Assembly (NCBI GenBank): GCA_010909165.1
Contig: VJWM01000025.1
Location: 2,356,001 to 2,420,000 of the forward strand
Direction: 5' to 3'
Length of the DNA stretch: 64,000 bases
Source: Anthoceros angustus
Taxonomy: Eukaryota; Plantae; Anthocerotophyta
Made by a program: the position numbers and the translations under genes. Each line of letters starts with the position of its first letter. Position 1 is the stretch's first letter. Shown one piece after another: positions 1 through 10,828 of the stretch. The notes beneath the pieces are model-generated. The model saw nothing but the letters and a program-made list of their open reading frames with translations. It searched no databases and was not told the origin of the DNA.

Positions 1-669
1 TCTTCATAATTTCAATTCCCCTCCTCAATGAAATCGCTATGATTCGAACACGAAACCTAATTGAACAGAAATCTTCTAACAGAGCGTTAAACGTATGGAG
101 TCAGACACACAGTCATAGTGAAATCTTCTCATATAGAGTTAGATGTATGGATTGGGATACGTAATCATTGCATCACCAATCGTTGTGTTATAATAAGGTT
201 ACTGATAAGTCAATCTATCGTTCTTAGAAGAACATTCCTCTTCTCCCTTTGGAATAGGAGAAATCTCTCTGCAAGTTTCTTACAGCATGTCTTATTATTT
301 GACATAACCGTTTATTATTTTTCCTTTTGATGTCCTCTACTAGATGGCCTCTCCCCATCATCTCCACCACTTAATAAAAAAAATATTTCTTAATTCTACT
401 CAATATTTAAATTTATTTTAAATATTAGGTATCACATACCCGTATCAAGTATAAGAATTAAAATTGTGAGGTAAATATTACAAAAAAATCTAAAAATACA
501 AATCATTAGGGAATCGACTTACTGTAATTTAATTTATGATTATTTTTATAACAAGAAAATGAGTTAAAAAAGTATAGGATTAGGAATCAATAGAAAATCA
601 ACACTGTATGTTAAGTTGAGCACCGACCGGTTAAAGTAAATATTTCCATTAGAAAGCATGATAAGGATA

Positions 670-1195
670 GTGAGTCACGTACTGGTACATAGCTCTAGTG
701 CAAACTATCGTCAAGTCCTGGTGAACGGGAGATAACATGTACTTCGCGCATAATAAATGGGCAGCCGGCCCGTGGCCAAGCACGGCTCTTGTGGGGTTAC
801 CTCCGGATCCAAAGCTTGAGAAGGTCCGATCATTTGAAAAGGTTTTCTGAGGTGTTCTATGCATCTGCAGTCCGCGATGTTGTCACGAGGAATGCGTAAG
901 TTGAGCATGTGTAATACCATCGTTTCTGACTGATCGTTTTTCTCCTTGTTAGGGAGAAGGTTGGAAGAAAGGAGTTCTTCCAATGGCCTCTGCAATCACT
1001 GCCTTCAGGCTTCCTTACTCTCAGTGGGAGACAGGATAGTGGGCTCTCTTCTAAGTCGTCGTCATGTCTACCCTGTCCAACCAGGAATGTTGAGTAGTTG
1101 ATGTTGATGCTCGATCCACCTCTGACCATGCACCTGCTGCCTGTGTCAGGTCATCCACTGTTGGCGGAACCCAGCAGTCCAGCATCAACATCGAC
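670..1195 (-). pseudogene. Highly decayed second PPR E2/E+/DYW-like relic
   Basis: Frame-hopping minus-strand translation gives VDAGLLGSAN/VDDLTQAAGAW (E2-like), STFLVGQGRHDD (E+-like) and LLPNKEKND-QSETMVL...IEHLRK (loosely like SEKEKED..HSEKLAL..KNLR). It has many stops and frameshifts, and the match is weak. Confidence 0.3.
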
Positions 1196-1218
1196 CCTTA
1201 CAACTGCAACAGCCATTG

Positions 1219-2380
1219 GCAGTGACTGCACATGCGTAGATTCTCCGTTACCACCAGGGTATCCCACTCGGAGGGTTCAAGAGACCTAACGCCAGAGCTA
1301 GCCTCTCAGCATGTCCACTCTTCCTTTCCCTTCTCATACAGTGGCTTCAGCACCAACTCTGTGTCATGAGGTACGTGGCCTCCTTCCTGCTTTCAGACGT
1401 GCATTCGTGCTCTCTGCCTTAAGCGCAATATCCTTCCTTCTTCTCCCACCAGAGACCTATGTACCTGCTTGTTCACCTCAATGCTCGCCACTGCAGGTTT
1501 TTTGGTAACTCCTGCTACTGTTCTCTGGGTTTCAATTCTGTCTACATCGGTCCACCTAGCTGCATCTGCGCAGGCACTGCCATCAGCACGTACAAAGTCC
1601 CAGCCTGACAGTGCTTTCAAAACACCACATCGGCCTCCGCCTTTCCACATCGGCCTCCGCCTTTCCACATCGGCCTCCGCCTTTCCACATCGGCCTCCGC
1701 CTTTCCACATCGGCCTCCGCCTTTCCACATCGGCCTCCGCCTTTCCACATTGGCCTCCGCCTTTCCACATCGGCCTCCGCCTTTTTTGCAGGTCCAGGAC
1801 AGGGAAGACCTCATCCCACAAGTTTACTCTGCCCTTCACATTTTGAAGAGCAGCATGTTTTCCTCTGGCCTTCACATGAAGTGAGCAGTATGTTCTCTGC
1901 CTCATCTAGAGGCTTGCACGCCCAAGGAGATGAATCATGCAATTTATGCTCTGTAGTTGGTTTGGTGCTATGCTGTTCAGCCACTAGAAGGCAAGCAAAA
2001 AGGTGCGTATTCCAGTTCACTACAGTTTCCTGTTCATGTCCACCAGACAGTTGCCCAACATTACGTTATCCACACGCCCTCTTTCCATCATCTGTGAGGG
2101 CAGATGCCTGCTTTTGCCCTTTTGTGTATTGCACAAGTGCTTGAACAGGTCTTTAGGGGGCAAGCAAAAGTAACATGGTTAGCCAACATGAGCTTCTCCT
2201 GCTCCATTCGTCCATACAGATCAAGCGCCTCTTGGCCATCCACCAGGCAGTTTTCAGCCAACTACCGACAGCAGCGATAGTGGCATACTTCTCACTCTCA
2301 GTGTGATGTGTTGCATAGTAATCCATCTTCACAAAGCTTGAAGGGTAGTTGTAAAGACGTTACGACTCGCCAACTCACCT
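1219..2380 (-). pseudogene. PLS-class PPR pseudogene with E/E+ and a DYW:KP-type deaminase domain
   Basis: Fragments read DGQEALDLYGRMEQE..NHVTFACPLKTC, DNVMLGNCLVDM, KPTTEH..LDEAENILL, CADAARWTDVDRIETQRTVAGVTKKPAVASIEVNKQVHRSLVGE, then EGGHVPHDTELVLKPLYEKGKEE / GHAERLALALGLLNPPSG / TLVVTENLRMCSHC (HAE codons at 1305-1313). Several frameshifts. Confidence 0.82.
1625..1784. repeat. Minisatellite, 8 x 20 bp (CCACATCGGCCTCCGCCTTT)
   Basis: Units start at 1625, 1645 ... 1765 with no spacers. There is one C>T variant at 1751. Confidence 0.98.
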
Positions 2381-2848
2381 TCACTGCTCCAAGTTTGACA
2401 GTGAGGTTATGAAGAACTAGAAGAACCAGGAGAAGCGAAATGACTTGTGAGCGAAAGTTTCTTGTAGAATCTCTGTACACTTGCTAAATCGTTGGTTTCA
2501 CAAAGCATCCGGTCGCCAAACTGTAGCTATGTTGGAGGCACCGCTCTGGGAAGACGGGCCCCTACAACATAAATAGCCCGTATTAGCGCCGGATTTGCCA
2601 TCCTGTTACATATTTTTCTTCAACGAGCGCCCACAAAACTTTTAGAGTGGTGCATATAAATAGCGGATCATCCGTTCCAAGGCGCTTGTAAGGATGAAGA
2701 AAGTTCTCTGTGCCGGCCGGCTTCGATGGAAGACGAGGATAAGACGCGTTGTGTGAAGAAGAAAGCTTTCTGCAGGGTAGTCGTGAGAATGCTGTAGAAG
2801 GCAACGGAAGTTTCTTCCAAAGGAGCAGAAGGCCGAGCGTCAGGAAAT

Positions 2849-4753
2849 ATGGCAGCGACCGGTAATTTGAAGCGGCCTTATCCTGCAGGTGGGGAGCAAG
2901 CGCCGGGGCCAGGGCCAGGGCAGCAAGGGCAAGGGCAAGGGCAAGGGCAGTCGCGGTCGCGGGCCGCAGATCATGCGGTTCTGGACGGCAAGAGGATGAG
3001 GAAGCCAGTGCATCGGCAGCGGGTGGATTATAGCTCGCCGGTTGTGCTCTATGTGCTCTCCCGCATGTGGCAGCGGGATGCAAGGGATGCGGCCATCAAT
3101 CTGGAAGCAACGCCCTCGGCGGGTGTGAACATGCTGCCTCCTCTGGCGTACCCGGACTGGCCTGCCAGCAGCTTCACCACCAAGTTCGTGCACGCATCCA
3201 TCAACAAGGCCCGGTGCTCGGTGAACCGGGTGCTGTGGACGCCGGCGGGGCGGGAGAGGGTTTTCACGGGCTGCCAGAGCGGGGAGTTCACGCTCTGGAA
3301 CGGGCAGTCCTTCAACTTCGAGTGGATCTTGCAGGCGCACGATGTGGCCGTCAGGTCCATGGTGTGGAGCTACAACGGGAACTGGCTCATCACGGGGGAC
3401 GACGGTGGGTGCATCAAGTACTGGACTCCTACTTTGAATCTGATCAAGGCCATCCACACGGCGCATAAGAATTCTGCTGTGCGGGATCTCAGCTTCTCGT
3501 CCACCGACCTAAAGTTCTGCTCCTGCTCGGACGACAGTGTGATTAAGATTTGGGATTTTGCGAGGTGTGACGAGGAGGAGCGGGCTTGTAAGGGGCATAA
3601 CTGGGATGTGAAGAGCTGTGCTTGGCATCCTCAGAAGTCGCTGATTGTCTCAGGGGGGAAGGATGCGCTGGTGAAGCTCTGGGATGCTAGGACGGGGAAG
3701 GATTTGCATACGATAGAGGCACATAAGGCGGCTGTGTTGAAGGTGAAGTGGAATAATAACGGGAACTGGGTGCTGACGGGGTCTAAGGACCAGGCTATCA
3801 AGTTGTTTGATATTAGGACATTGAAGGAGATGGAATCGTACCATGGGCAGAAGAGGGATGTGACGGCTCTGGCGTGGCATCCGTTTCATGAGGAACTGTT
3901 TGTTAGTGGTGGTTATGATGGAAGTATTCTGTATTGGCTTGTGGGCTATGGGACTCCACAGGCAGAGGTTGCAAGTGCTCATGAGGGGAGTGTGTGGGAT
4001 TTAGCCTGGCATCCCATGGGGCATCTTTTGTGCTCTGGAAGCCAAGACCAGACCACTAAGTTTTGGTGTCGTCACAAACCTGGAGAGGTGGCTCAGGCAG
4101 GCAAGTATGGATCAGGTCAAAAGGGACATGTAGCTCATGAGGATTACTCCTCTGGTGGAGTTCGGGCTTTTGTAGATGGGGCCAGTAAGCCCCTTGGGAA
4201 TGGTTCTGCCGATGTGATACCTGGGGTTGGCAACTTGTCTCTGCCTCTTGTTCAAGCTGGCTCAGATGCCACTTGGGCGAGAACCGTGGAAACACACAAT
4301 TTTCAGCATCAGCCTTTTTTTTCTCAGCCTGGAGCACAGCCGCAAACCATGCATCCTGCTGGAGTATCTTCAGTATCCCAGCCACCGTTGCTGGCTAGGC
4401 CATCCTTGGCCACCGTGCCAGTGATGGCAGCTGGTGGTTTACAGGCGAGTCATTTGCAGATGTCTGGCTCACTGAATATGAGTTCTGCATATCAAGTTGG
4501 CCAACTTCTGGGTTCTGGAGTTGTTGGTCAGTCACAAAATCTACATCCAGGTCAGGGGCAGTTGATGGGATACGGGGGCGCCACTTTTGCTGGTGGTGGT
4601 CATGGCCAGCAAGGTGGACCTGTTCATCAAGTCAATTGGCAGATTGGTGGTGGTGGCTCTCTATTGCAATCCAACTCCCAAGGTCTTTTGCCCGAGCAGA
4701 ACACTGGGCATGCAGTAGGGTCAGGACTGGCGAATCTCTTTAACACTTTCTGA
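2849..4753 (+). CDS. FY: Polyadenylation factor FY / WDR33 (Pfs2) WD40 protein, essentially intron-free
   Basis: 634-aa ORF with DGKRMRK..VDY..WQRD, SFTTKFVHASINK, SGEFTLWNGQSFNFE.ILQAHD and further WD repeats. A possible 60-nt terminal intron (4715-4774) would give the alternative end EGNN* at 4789. Confidence 0.93.
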   Translation: MAATGNLKRPYPAGGEQAPGPGPGQQGQGQGQGQSRSRAADHAVLDGKRMRKPVHRQRVDYSSPVVLYVLSRMWQRDARDAAINLEATPSAGVNMLPPLAYPDWPASSFTTKFVHASINKARCSVNRVLWTPAGRERVFTGCQSGEFTLWNGQSFNFEWILQAHDVAVRSMVWSYNGNWLITGDDGGCIKYWTPTLNLIKAIHTAHKNSAVRDLSFSSTDLKFCSCSDDSVIKIWDFARCDEEERACKGHNWDVKSCAWHPQKSLIVSGGKDALVKLWDARTGKDLHTIEAHKAAVLKVKWNNNGNWVLTGSKDQAIKLFDIRTLKEMESYHGQKRDVTALAWHPFHEELFVSGGYDGSILYWLVGYGTPQAEVASAHEGSVWDLAWHPMGHLLCSGSQDQTTKFWCRHKPGEVAQAGKYGSGQKGHVAHEDYSSGGVRAFVDGASKPLGNGSADVIPGVGNLSLPLVQAGSDATWARTVETHNFQHQPFFSQPGAQPQTMHPAGVSSVSQPPLLARPSLATVPVMAAGGLQASHLQMSGSLNMSSAYQVGQLLGSGVVGQSQNLHPGQGQLMGYGGATFAGGGHGQQGGPVHQVNWQIGGGGSLLQSNSQGLLPEQNTGHAVGSGLANLFNTF

Positions 4754-6224
4754 GTTTCGTTTCCAGTCTTGCAGGAGGGCAACAACTAGCAGTTTACCTT
4801 GTTCTTGAGCTTGCTCTGCCCAGCTACATCACTTGCCAGGGCATGCGTGAACCGTTGAGCCCTGGGGTGTGTGGATTGTCTCAATGGTAGTATGTGGTCT
4901 TCCTACTTCTCTGCGACGGAAAGTTGCCATGCCAGGTGACAAGACGGAAGATGAGCAATAGGACGATCTGGCAACGACAAAGAGCTGCTGAGGACTATGT
5001 GTGGTCACTGCCATCCTGGACTTGCCTGTTTAGCGTGGGCTTGATTGTGATGGCGACTCACTGGAAATCCATAGCCTTATGTTGACAGTATGTTCCTTCA
5101 TCACTTTGCTGCAAGTGAAGGCTGTCATACCTACCAGGCAATCCGAGGAAAGAGAAGTCAAGAAGTGGGAGCTGACTACGACGATGAAGCAAGGAGTAAA
5201 TGTGAGTCATTGCTGTCGTCAACCTGCATTGTTGCAGCTTCCAGTGAGTTTGATCTGGTCGAGAATGTAAGTCCGAGTTCCCTGTTGGAAGTGCGGACTA
5301 ATGACAAGTCTCCAGCTTTTTGGATGGCCTTGTTCACTAGTTTCTTTCTGACTGGGCTTGATTTTGACGTACATCTGCAGGTCCCACCGGCAGAACGCTG
5401 AGGACAAACTGAGGTTCACTTTACTTTCTCCTGAAGGAGTAATGCGGGACGCCGAAGTGGTTCTGTGCGATTTGTTCTTCTGTAGAGCTAGCAGGCCTCG
5501 GAGATGGTTGGTTTCAGTGGGACGAGTGAGTTGCTTGATGGAATGGGACAAGACACGCAGAGTCGTGTCTTCACTAAATCACTGGGCACACAAGGGGGGT
5601 ATTTGCTGGGGTTGGACGAAGGCTCTCTCAGTTCTGCGGAGACACGGAGGTGTTGATCAGATTATTAATATATAATCTGATTGTTTCAAGTAGTACGTAT
5701 TGCAAGTAATGCTTAATCAAATGTTTAGAAAATGATCGATGCCTATCAAGTCACATTTGTATGTCCGTCCTTAATGGGCGGTAATAAAGTTTTCCCTCTT
5801 CTTTTGCGTCCTTCAAACCTTTCTGGTTCAACTCGGTATATCGGTCCTTGTACCCCTTTTCTGCGACGAGTCCTTGATAGTTTCGATGGGCCGTGGATCT
5901 TGTAGGTCGCCGTTTCGCATTACGATGGTGTAATGATAAAAAAGTTCGTGAGGCTAGTGCAAATTGATGGGCGTTATGTCACTTATCAGATGGATAACAA
6001 AAGAGCGGGAGAAGACAAGTCTGTGAGGTCCTTCAACCAACCACATCAATCGATAAACTCAGCAACGCCATCCTTGCCGTTGCGCATGACGATGGCATAG
6101 GTACTAATGAGTTCCACAAAGCTCACTGAGAGGTCGAAGGGTTTCTTTGTAGGAAATAATGACTTCACAGAACTGAGCAGTACGAGGACAAAAAATATTG
6201 TACAAGAAAAATGAAAATTACATA

Positions 6225-7571
6225 TCAGAAAACAGCTTGGTCTCCAAGCTCCTGTCCAGCCATCCCTTCTCGCACAACCCGCTCAAAGAATTCCTCCAGC
6301 GTGTCCTTTCCATAGCTTGGGGTGGCGTCTGCGTCGTACTTGCCTGTCTCAGGATTCAGCACCAACATGCTCTCTGCAGCATAGTATCTGCCAATCTTGC
6401 CAAACTCCGCAGCATCTTCCAAGTTGGGAAAGATGTTTTTGAGGAAATCCAGAATGCCGATCGCGAAGTCCATAATTTGGATTGGTACCTTCAGGAACTT
6501 GGTCTCCTTCCCTGTAATCCTGAACAGCATCTCCCCTTGCTCCAGTGGCGTCAGGGCCTTACCGGGTCCCCCGATAGGAAGCGTCTTGTTCACCTTGTCT
6601 CCATCACTTGCGCAGTCTGCGATGAAGGATGCCAGATCCGCCTCGCTAATGGGCTTGCAGGCGCAGAGTGTACCGTCTCCAAACACCATATACGGCCCTC
6701 CGTCCTTCACTAACTCCACCTGCCCGCCGAGGCTCTTGAAGAATGCAGTGGGCCGGACTATGCTGTAGGTGAGCTCACCGTTGCTGCTCTTTGCTGCGGA
6801 TTCCAGCTCTGCTTCAAACTTGAGCTTGGCTCGCTGAAACTCCAGCAGAGGCTTCTGCACGCAGATGGCGGAGAGCAGGACGTAGTGCTTGCATCCCAGA
6901 GCCAGGCCGGCATTCAGGGTGTTTTTGGTGGCCTGGTAATCAACGAGCCAGGAATCCTTCACGCCACCACTTCTGCTGGCCAGGCAACTCACGACCACAT
7001 CCACTGGCTTCCCTCTCTCCTGCAAAGCCGCTTTCAGTGAATCCAAATCAGTCACATCCGAAAAGCACAACTCCGCGCCCTCCAGCTCTGCCTGCACTTC
7101 CTCCTTCCCAAGCTTGCCCTTGATCCCGCTCTTCTCCCTGGCCACTGCCACCACATTGTAGCCTCGCCTCACAAACTCCTTGGTCACAAACTTCCCGATG
7201 TAGCCCGTGGCCCCAAAAATGAGCACATTGGTGGACTTGGGGTCCCTGACCCTCTCCTTCAGCTGCACTACTTCCTGCACATCTGCAGTTGCTCGACAAG
7301 TGAGCACACAGGCACTGTACTTCCAGGAACTCCATCTTGTGGACCTGGAAACTCTCCTGGAGAATGCATTGCTCTGGACCTCAGCAGATGCTGCCGGAGA
7401 AAAATCTCGTGACAGGGAGGATGCAGACCTGAGATTCACGCTGGAGGAGACGCCAGAACAGTTTCTCCAGCGACTGGGAAGTGGCAACGAGGACTGGGGA
7501 GAAGGCGAAAGCGATGGACAAGGGCAGACAGCAATGGCGTCAAGCCTCGGAGAAGACAGCACGCCTGCCAT
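6225..7571 (-). CDS. DVR: Divinyl chlorophyllide a 8-vinyl reductase (chloroplast)
   Basis: 448-aa ORF with a Ser/Arg-rich transit peptide, [78 protein letters not shown] and [13 protein letters not shown]. Confidence 0.96.
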   Translation of the reverse strand: MAGVLSSPRLDAIAVCPCPSLSPSPQSSLPLPSRWRNCSGVSSSVNLRSASSLSRDFSPAASAEVQSNAFSRRVSRSTRWSSWKYSACVLTCRATADVQEVVQLKERVRDPKSTNVLIFGATGYIGKFVTKEFVRRGYNVVAVAREKSGIKGKLGKEEVQAELEGAELCFSDVTDLDSLKAALQERGKPVDVVVSCLASRSGGVKDSWLVDYQATKNTLNAGLALGCKHYVLLSAICVQKPLLEFQRAKLKFEAELESAAKSSNGELTYSIVRPTAFFKSLGGQVELVKDGGPYMVFGDGTLCACKPISEADLASFIADCASDGDKVNKTLPIGGPGKALTPLEQGEMLFRITGKETKFLKVPIQIMDFAIGILDFLKNIFPNLEDAAEFGKIGRYYAAESMLVLNPETGKYDADATPSYGKDTLEEFFERVVREGMAGQELGDQAVF

Positions 7572-7873
7572 CGCCCCCCTCTCTACCCAAAACCCTTTAA
7601 ATCTCTGATGAAATGTATCTAGTCTATCGTCTCTGGCTTCGCTCCAACCCTACGCTGCTTTAATCTGGCTTCACGAACAACAAATCAGACAGCGATAGAC
7701 ATTTGAGAAACCAAATTCCGTTAGCCAATCCCTGCTCACATAACATCACCCAGAACTGTACTTGTGAAGTAGCAGGTATTCTGGAAAGTTTCTTGCCATC
7801 TACACAAGCTCAACCTTCCCACTAAAAAAAACTGCACAAGCTCAACCACAGGTAAAGTCACACAAGGAGAAGC

Positions 7874-10828
7874 TTAACTGTAGATGGGGTCCATCAGCTG
7901 CAGCATCTCTACAACTTGGACCATGGAAGGCCGTGTGACAGGACTCTGCGAAGTGCAAATCAACCCTAGCTTTAGGAAGGGCAAGAGATTCACTTGCTCC
8001 TGCAACTGGAGGTTCAGATCCGGGTCGACACAATCGAGGGCCCGGTCTTCATCAAGCATAGTACCAACACACTCGCACAGAATGACCACCTCATTCGCCA
8101 TGTACTCCACTGCCCTCCTACCAGTGACAAGCTCCAGAAGCACCACTCCATATCCATAGACATCGCACTTTTCGTCTATTTGCTCGCTGTAAGATGCAAA
8201 CTCAGGAGCCCTGTACCCGAGGCCACCCTGGCTCAAGCTGTATGTGTCCACCATGGGTACCAGCTTGGCAAGACCGCAATCAGAAACTTTGGGTGTGTTG
8301 CCGACGTCAAGCAAAATGTTGCTTGACCTTACATTGTAATGGATGATCTGGGGATCACAATTGTGAAGGTGTGCGAGTCCCATTGCAGTTCCTTTGGCTA
8401 TCTTGAAACGGCTGGACCAGTCCAGAGCAGGCTGTCCATGTCCTCTGTCGTGGAGTCTGGTGCACAGATCTCCCCCAGAGACATAATCAAACAACAAAAT
8501 CTGCAGCTGTTTTGTCCAGTAGTAGCCTTTAAGGGACACCAGGTTTTGATGCCTCACCTTTCCCAGCAGCTGAACCTCCCTCTCAAATTCGTCTCGAGAT
8601 TTCACAGATCCGGTGACTGTCAGCTTCTTCACCGCGGCTGATTGTCCATCGGGAAGCATCGCCCTATACACCACACCAAATCCGCCACTTCCAATCTCGC
8701 AGTCTTTGTTGAGCAACAGGTGCTGCTCTGGACGCCAGTTTCCAGTTCCAAACCATCTTGCCCTGGAGAACATGACCAGCTTGCCCACAGCCAATACTCG
8801 ATCAGATGCATCAGGCATGCTTCTCATCCTGATCGTCCTAGAACGGTTGCCCTTCTGCGCTCTCAAACTGCCTGCAGTCACCAGAATCGCTGCCACAGCT
8901 ACAGCAGCTGCTGCACATATCGCAATAATGGCTGAGACACTGAAGAGAACTCTCCGTTCTGATCTGTGAGGAGGAGAAGCTCGGCTTGGTGCCCCAGATA
9001 CGAGGGGACTGCTGGCTGGCGCCGGGTGCAACTGTGCACACGGAACATTGATGAGTGCTCCACATAGTCCTGAATTTCCTGCAAACACAGAGGCATTCAT
9101 CGAGCCAAAGACATGGCCGTTTGGGATGCGGCCGGAAAGCCGGTTGCTAGACACGTTGATCATCGCCAAATTCTTCAGGTACCCAAGCTGGGGAGGGATG
9201 TTGCCTGACAGTCGGTTTTGAGAAAGGTCCATGAACTTGAGCCGCATGAGCTTTCCCAGCTCCCCTGGAATCATCCCAGTAAGATGGTTCGCAGACAAAC
9301 TGAGATCCTCGAGCCAGATACAGTCTCCCAGGTCTGCAGGAAGGAATCCATGAAGAAAATTATGGTGAGCCTGCAGACGGCGGAGCCTGTTACGTTTGCA
9401 CAAATTTCTGGGAATGCTGCTGTTAAGCAAGTTGTGACTGATGTCAAGAGCCTGAAGATATTCCAGGCTGCCAAAGCTTGAGGGCAAAGAAGACTGGAAA
9501 GAGTTGCCCGAAACATTCAGCTCAAACAGGCTTGAGCAGCTGCCAAAATCCGCTGGTAGAGACCCTGTCAGCATGTTTGTTGAAAGGTCCAGGACCTGGA
9601 GAGACTGGCAGTCCCCGAGAGATAATATGGTCCCTGATAGGTGGTTGTGGGAGACGGACAGGGACTGTAAGCTCCGGGTGACGAGACCAGCTGGGATTGG
9701 CTGCGCCAGCTGGTTGTTGCTTAGGTTGAGAGCAGACAGCTGCAGATGTGCTAACCCATCGGGAATGCTGCCTGTGAGACTGTTCCGAGAGAGATCCAGC
9801 CAACGCAAATTGTGCAGGAGCCCTAAGCTGGATGGAAGCCAGCCCGAAAACATGTTCTCAGAAAGATCCAAACCTTGTAGCGCAGTCAAGCTGCTTATCC
9901 ATGAAGGGATGCTGCCAGAGAGGTAGTTTTTCCGGAGGTTCAGAACCTGCAAATTAGACAGACTCTGAAGAGGAGAAGGCAAAGATCCAGACAAATCGTT
10001 GAAACTTAGATCCAACACTTGGAGGTTCGCACAGTTGCTGAGCCCTGCTGGGATCTGGCCACTGAGATGATTGCCTGTAAGTTTGAGATCCGAGAGATGG
10101 AACAGAGATGAGATTTGGAGAGGGATGCCCCCGGCCATTGCATTCCGCGACAAGTCCAGGGCTCGCAGACTTCGAAGCTGCCCGATATGCTCGGACAGAG
10201 CACCTGAGAACTGGTTAGAAGAGAAATTGACGCTATGAAGGAGGTAGCAAGAATACAAAGATGAGGGGATGCTTCCATGAAGCTTGTTCTTGGAGAGAGC
10301 AACCGAGCGAAGGTTGCGGTTGGAACTGAAAAGCTCGGCAGGAATCTGACCTGTGAAAGCATTGAAGGAAAGGTCCAGATGCTCAATGCTTCCCGAGCTT
10401 CCAAATAGTGTGGGAAGAGGACCTGACAGGGCATTGTAGCTGGCATTCAGCCTCCTCAACGTGGGAAGCTGAGTGATTGCGTCTGGAAAGCTCCCGAAAA
10501 GATTGTTGCAGGCCAGAGACAGAGTGGTCAAGCCAGTGAGCTGTGCGAGTGTGGCGCTTATCCTACCAGAAAGCGACAACCCGTCCAGAATGAGGGTAGA
10601 GACTCGCCCGGAAGTGGCATCGCAGCCAACTCCTCTCCATTGGCACGGGCTTGAATCCAGCTCGTTCCACGAGCTCAGGGCAGAAGAATTGATCAAGTAC
10701 TTCACCTTGAACACCACAAGCGCCTGCACATCCGGCGATGGCGCAATGTCCCAGCCTGGTGCGGCACCGGAAACCACAAGAAAGAGGAACAAACAGGTCC
10801 ACCTCAGGAGAGCCGTCAAATCGGCCAT
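7874..10828 (-). CDS. LRR receptor-like (pseudo)kinase, subfamily VII (IRK/PXC2-like), single exon, 984 aa
   Basis: ATG at 10828 gives a signal peptide (MADLTALLRWTCLFLFLVV), an LRR cap (WNELDSSPCQWRGVGC), LRR tandem and a TM helix. The kinase reads LLNKDCEIGSGGFGVVY, EFEREVQLLGKVRHQNLVSLKGYYWT, IIHYNVRSSN, DCG. Confidence 0.93.
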   Translation of the reverse strand: MADLTALLRWTCLFLFLVVSGAAPGWDIAPSPDVQALVVFKVKYLINSSALSSWNELDSSPCQWRGVGCDATSGRVSTLILDGLSLSGRISATLAQLTGLTTLSLACNNLFGSFPDAITQLPTLRRLNASYNALSGPLPTLFGSSGSIEHLDLSFNAFTGQIPAELFSSNRNLRSVALSKNKLHGSIPSSLYSCYLLHSVNFSSNQFSGALSEHIGQLRSLRALDLSRNAMAGGIPLQISSLFHLSDLKLTGNHLSGQIPAGLSNCANLQVLDLSFNDLSGSLPSPLQSLSNLQVLNLRKNYLSGSIPSWISSLTALQGLDLSENMFSGWLPSSLGLLHNLRWLDLSRNSLTGSIPDGLAHLQLSALNLSNNQLAQPIPAGLVTRSLQSLSVSHNHLSGTILSLGDCQSLQVLDLSTNMLTGSLPADFGSCSSLFELNVSGNSFQSSLPSSFGSLEYLQALDISHNLLNSSIPRNLCKRNRLRRLQAHHNFLHGFLPADLGDCIWLEDLSLSANHLTGMIPGELGKLMRLKFMDLSQNRLSGNIPPQLGYLKNLAMINVSSNRLSGRIPNGHVFGSMNASVFAGNSGLCGALINVPCAQLHPAPASSPLVSGAPSRASPPHRSERRVLFSVSAIIAICAAAAVAVAAILVTAGSLRAQKGNRSRTIRMRSMPDASDRVLAVGKLVMFSRARWFGTGNWRPEQHLLLNKDCEIGSGGFGVVYRAMLPDGQSAAVKKLTVTGSVKSRDEFEREVQLLGKVRHQNLVSLKGYYWTKQLQILLFDYVSGGDLCTRLHDRGHGQPALDWSSRFKIAKGTAMGLAHLHNCDPQIIHYNVRSSNILLDVGNTPKVSDCGLAKLVPMVDTYSLSQGGLGYRAPEFASYSEQIDEKCDVYGYGVVLLELVTGRRAVEYMANEVVILCECVGTMLDEDRALDCVDPDLNLQLQEQVNLLPFLKLGLICTSQSPVTRPSMVQVVEMLQLMDPIYS

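Noticed and set aside
1-330. Organelle insertion or Copia RT fragment
   Set aside because: AT-rich with stops in all frames and no motif I could match convincingly.
1625-1784. CRISPR-like array
   Set aside because: Head-to-tail repeats with no spacers, no cas genes and a eukaryotic context.
4890-5560. Small spliced gene downstream of FY
   Set aside because: Splice-like motifs are present, but I found no consistent frame or recognisable product. It may be 3'UTR or decayed sequence.
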